From Camelus dromedarius (taxonomy: Eukaryota): 64,000 nt of DNA. Below the pieces are notes generated by a model that was not told where the DNA came from, did not search any database, and was given only the letters and a program-made list of their open reading frames with translations. The translations under genes were made by a program, and so were the position numbers. Of this stretch, positions 63,374 to 64,000 are shown in pieces. The first letter of the stretch is position 1, and each line of letters opens with the position of its first letter. Where the stretch lies: positions 77,440,001-77,504,000 of the forward strand of contig NC_087436.1 in the NCBI RefSeq assembly GCF_036321535.1, read 5' to 3'.

Positions 63374-64000
63374 TATATAGGACATTATGGTAGTGGTTTG
63401 TTGAATTACATTTACATATAAATTTGCCATGTATGTATACATATAAATAATCATCAATGAATACTGTGCTGCAAAGAAATTAAGAGTATTTCAATATTTT
63501 TGTATAATTTCATATAAAGCATTACAGTGTAACCAGGTCATTATGATTTACTAGATTCATAGAAATCCTCAAAGATATGCTTTTTAAATGAATCTGTTGG
63601 CAAAGGCAAAGTGAAAACCCAAATCTTTGGTGAGATGGTATTTGAAGGTTCCTACCATTTTAGATAGAGAAGACTATGGAATGTTACAAAACATCTTTTG
63701 TTTTGACAACTCTTACCACATTGGGACACTCCGACCTCAGAAGTCAAATCACGTGTCTGTCTGCAGATGTGTTAGGGATAAGAAAATCTCAGTGTTGTCC
63801 ATGCCCCTATCATTAGTATACATAACCCAAGGAGAGATTTTTCCTAGTGGCCCAACAAAGAACCTAAAACTCCAGAGAAACTGGGGAATGGAAAAGGGAG
63901 AAGTTTACCTCTACTTACTATCCAGAGGCCAGATCTCTAATTCTATCACAGTTACATAGAAAAAAATTGAAATCAGATGTAAAGAATTTTTCAGAAATCA

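Noticed and set aside
43800..64000. Next CFAP299 exon (expected to begin with FYNWD-like residues)
   Set aside because: Not found by eye or in the ORF track; presumably beyond the window.
1..64000. CRISPR array, operon, intact endogenous virus or other self-contained novel system
   Set aside because: This is mammalian intronic DNA with no regularly spaced repeats, no long non-L1 ORFs and no paired LTRs with internal genes. The remaining short ORFs look like chance ORFs.

Overview
This is AT-rich, CpG-depleted mammalian genomic DNA. It is most likely from a camelid (camel or alpaca), judged from a Vic-1-type tRNA-derived SINE at 9615-9750 and the young L1 3' ends. The only protein-coding sequence I can support is one 143-bp internal exon of CFAP299 (C4orf22, DUF4464 family) on the + strand at 43655-43797, so the window is essentially two large CFAP299 introns. 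In other mammals this gene lies between FGF5 and BMP3. Much of the window is transposon relics: L1 of several ages, L2, MIR, MaLR/ERVL LTRs, hAT and Tigger MITEs. Several show clear retrotransposition signatures, including TSDs, a twin-priming inversion, an ORF1-to-ORF2 internal deletion and nesting. The most interesting unexplained signals are a CpG-enriched, promoter-like block at about 16.0-16.6 kb with a minus-strand splice donor, three minus-strand exon-like units at 0.57-2.64 kb (candidate antisense transcript), a MER91-borne CTCF-like motif, and several repeat-free, motif-dense blocks that may be long-range enhancers. No new biological system can be established from sequence alone, and these are hypotheses. 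Repeat family names come from remembered consensus sequences, and their boundaries are approximate.
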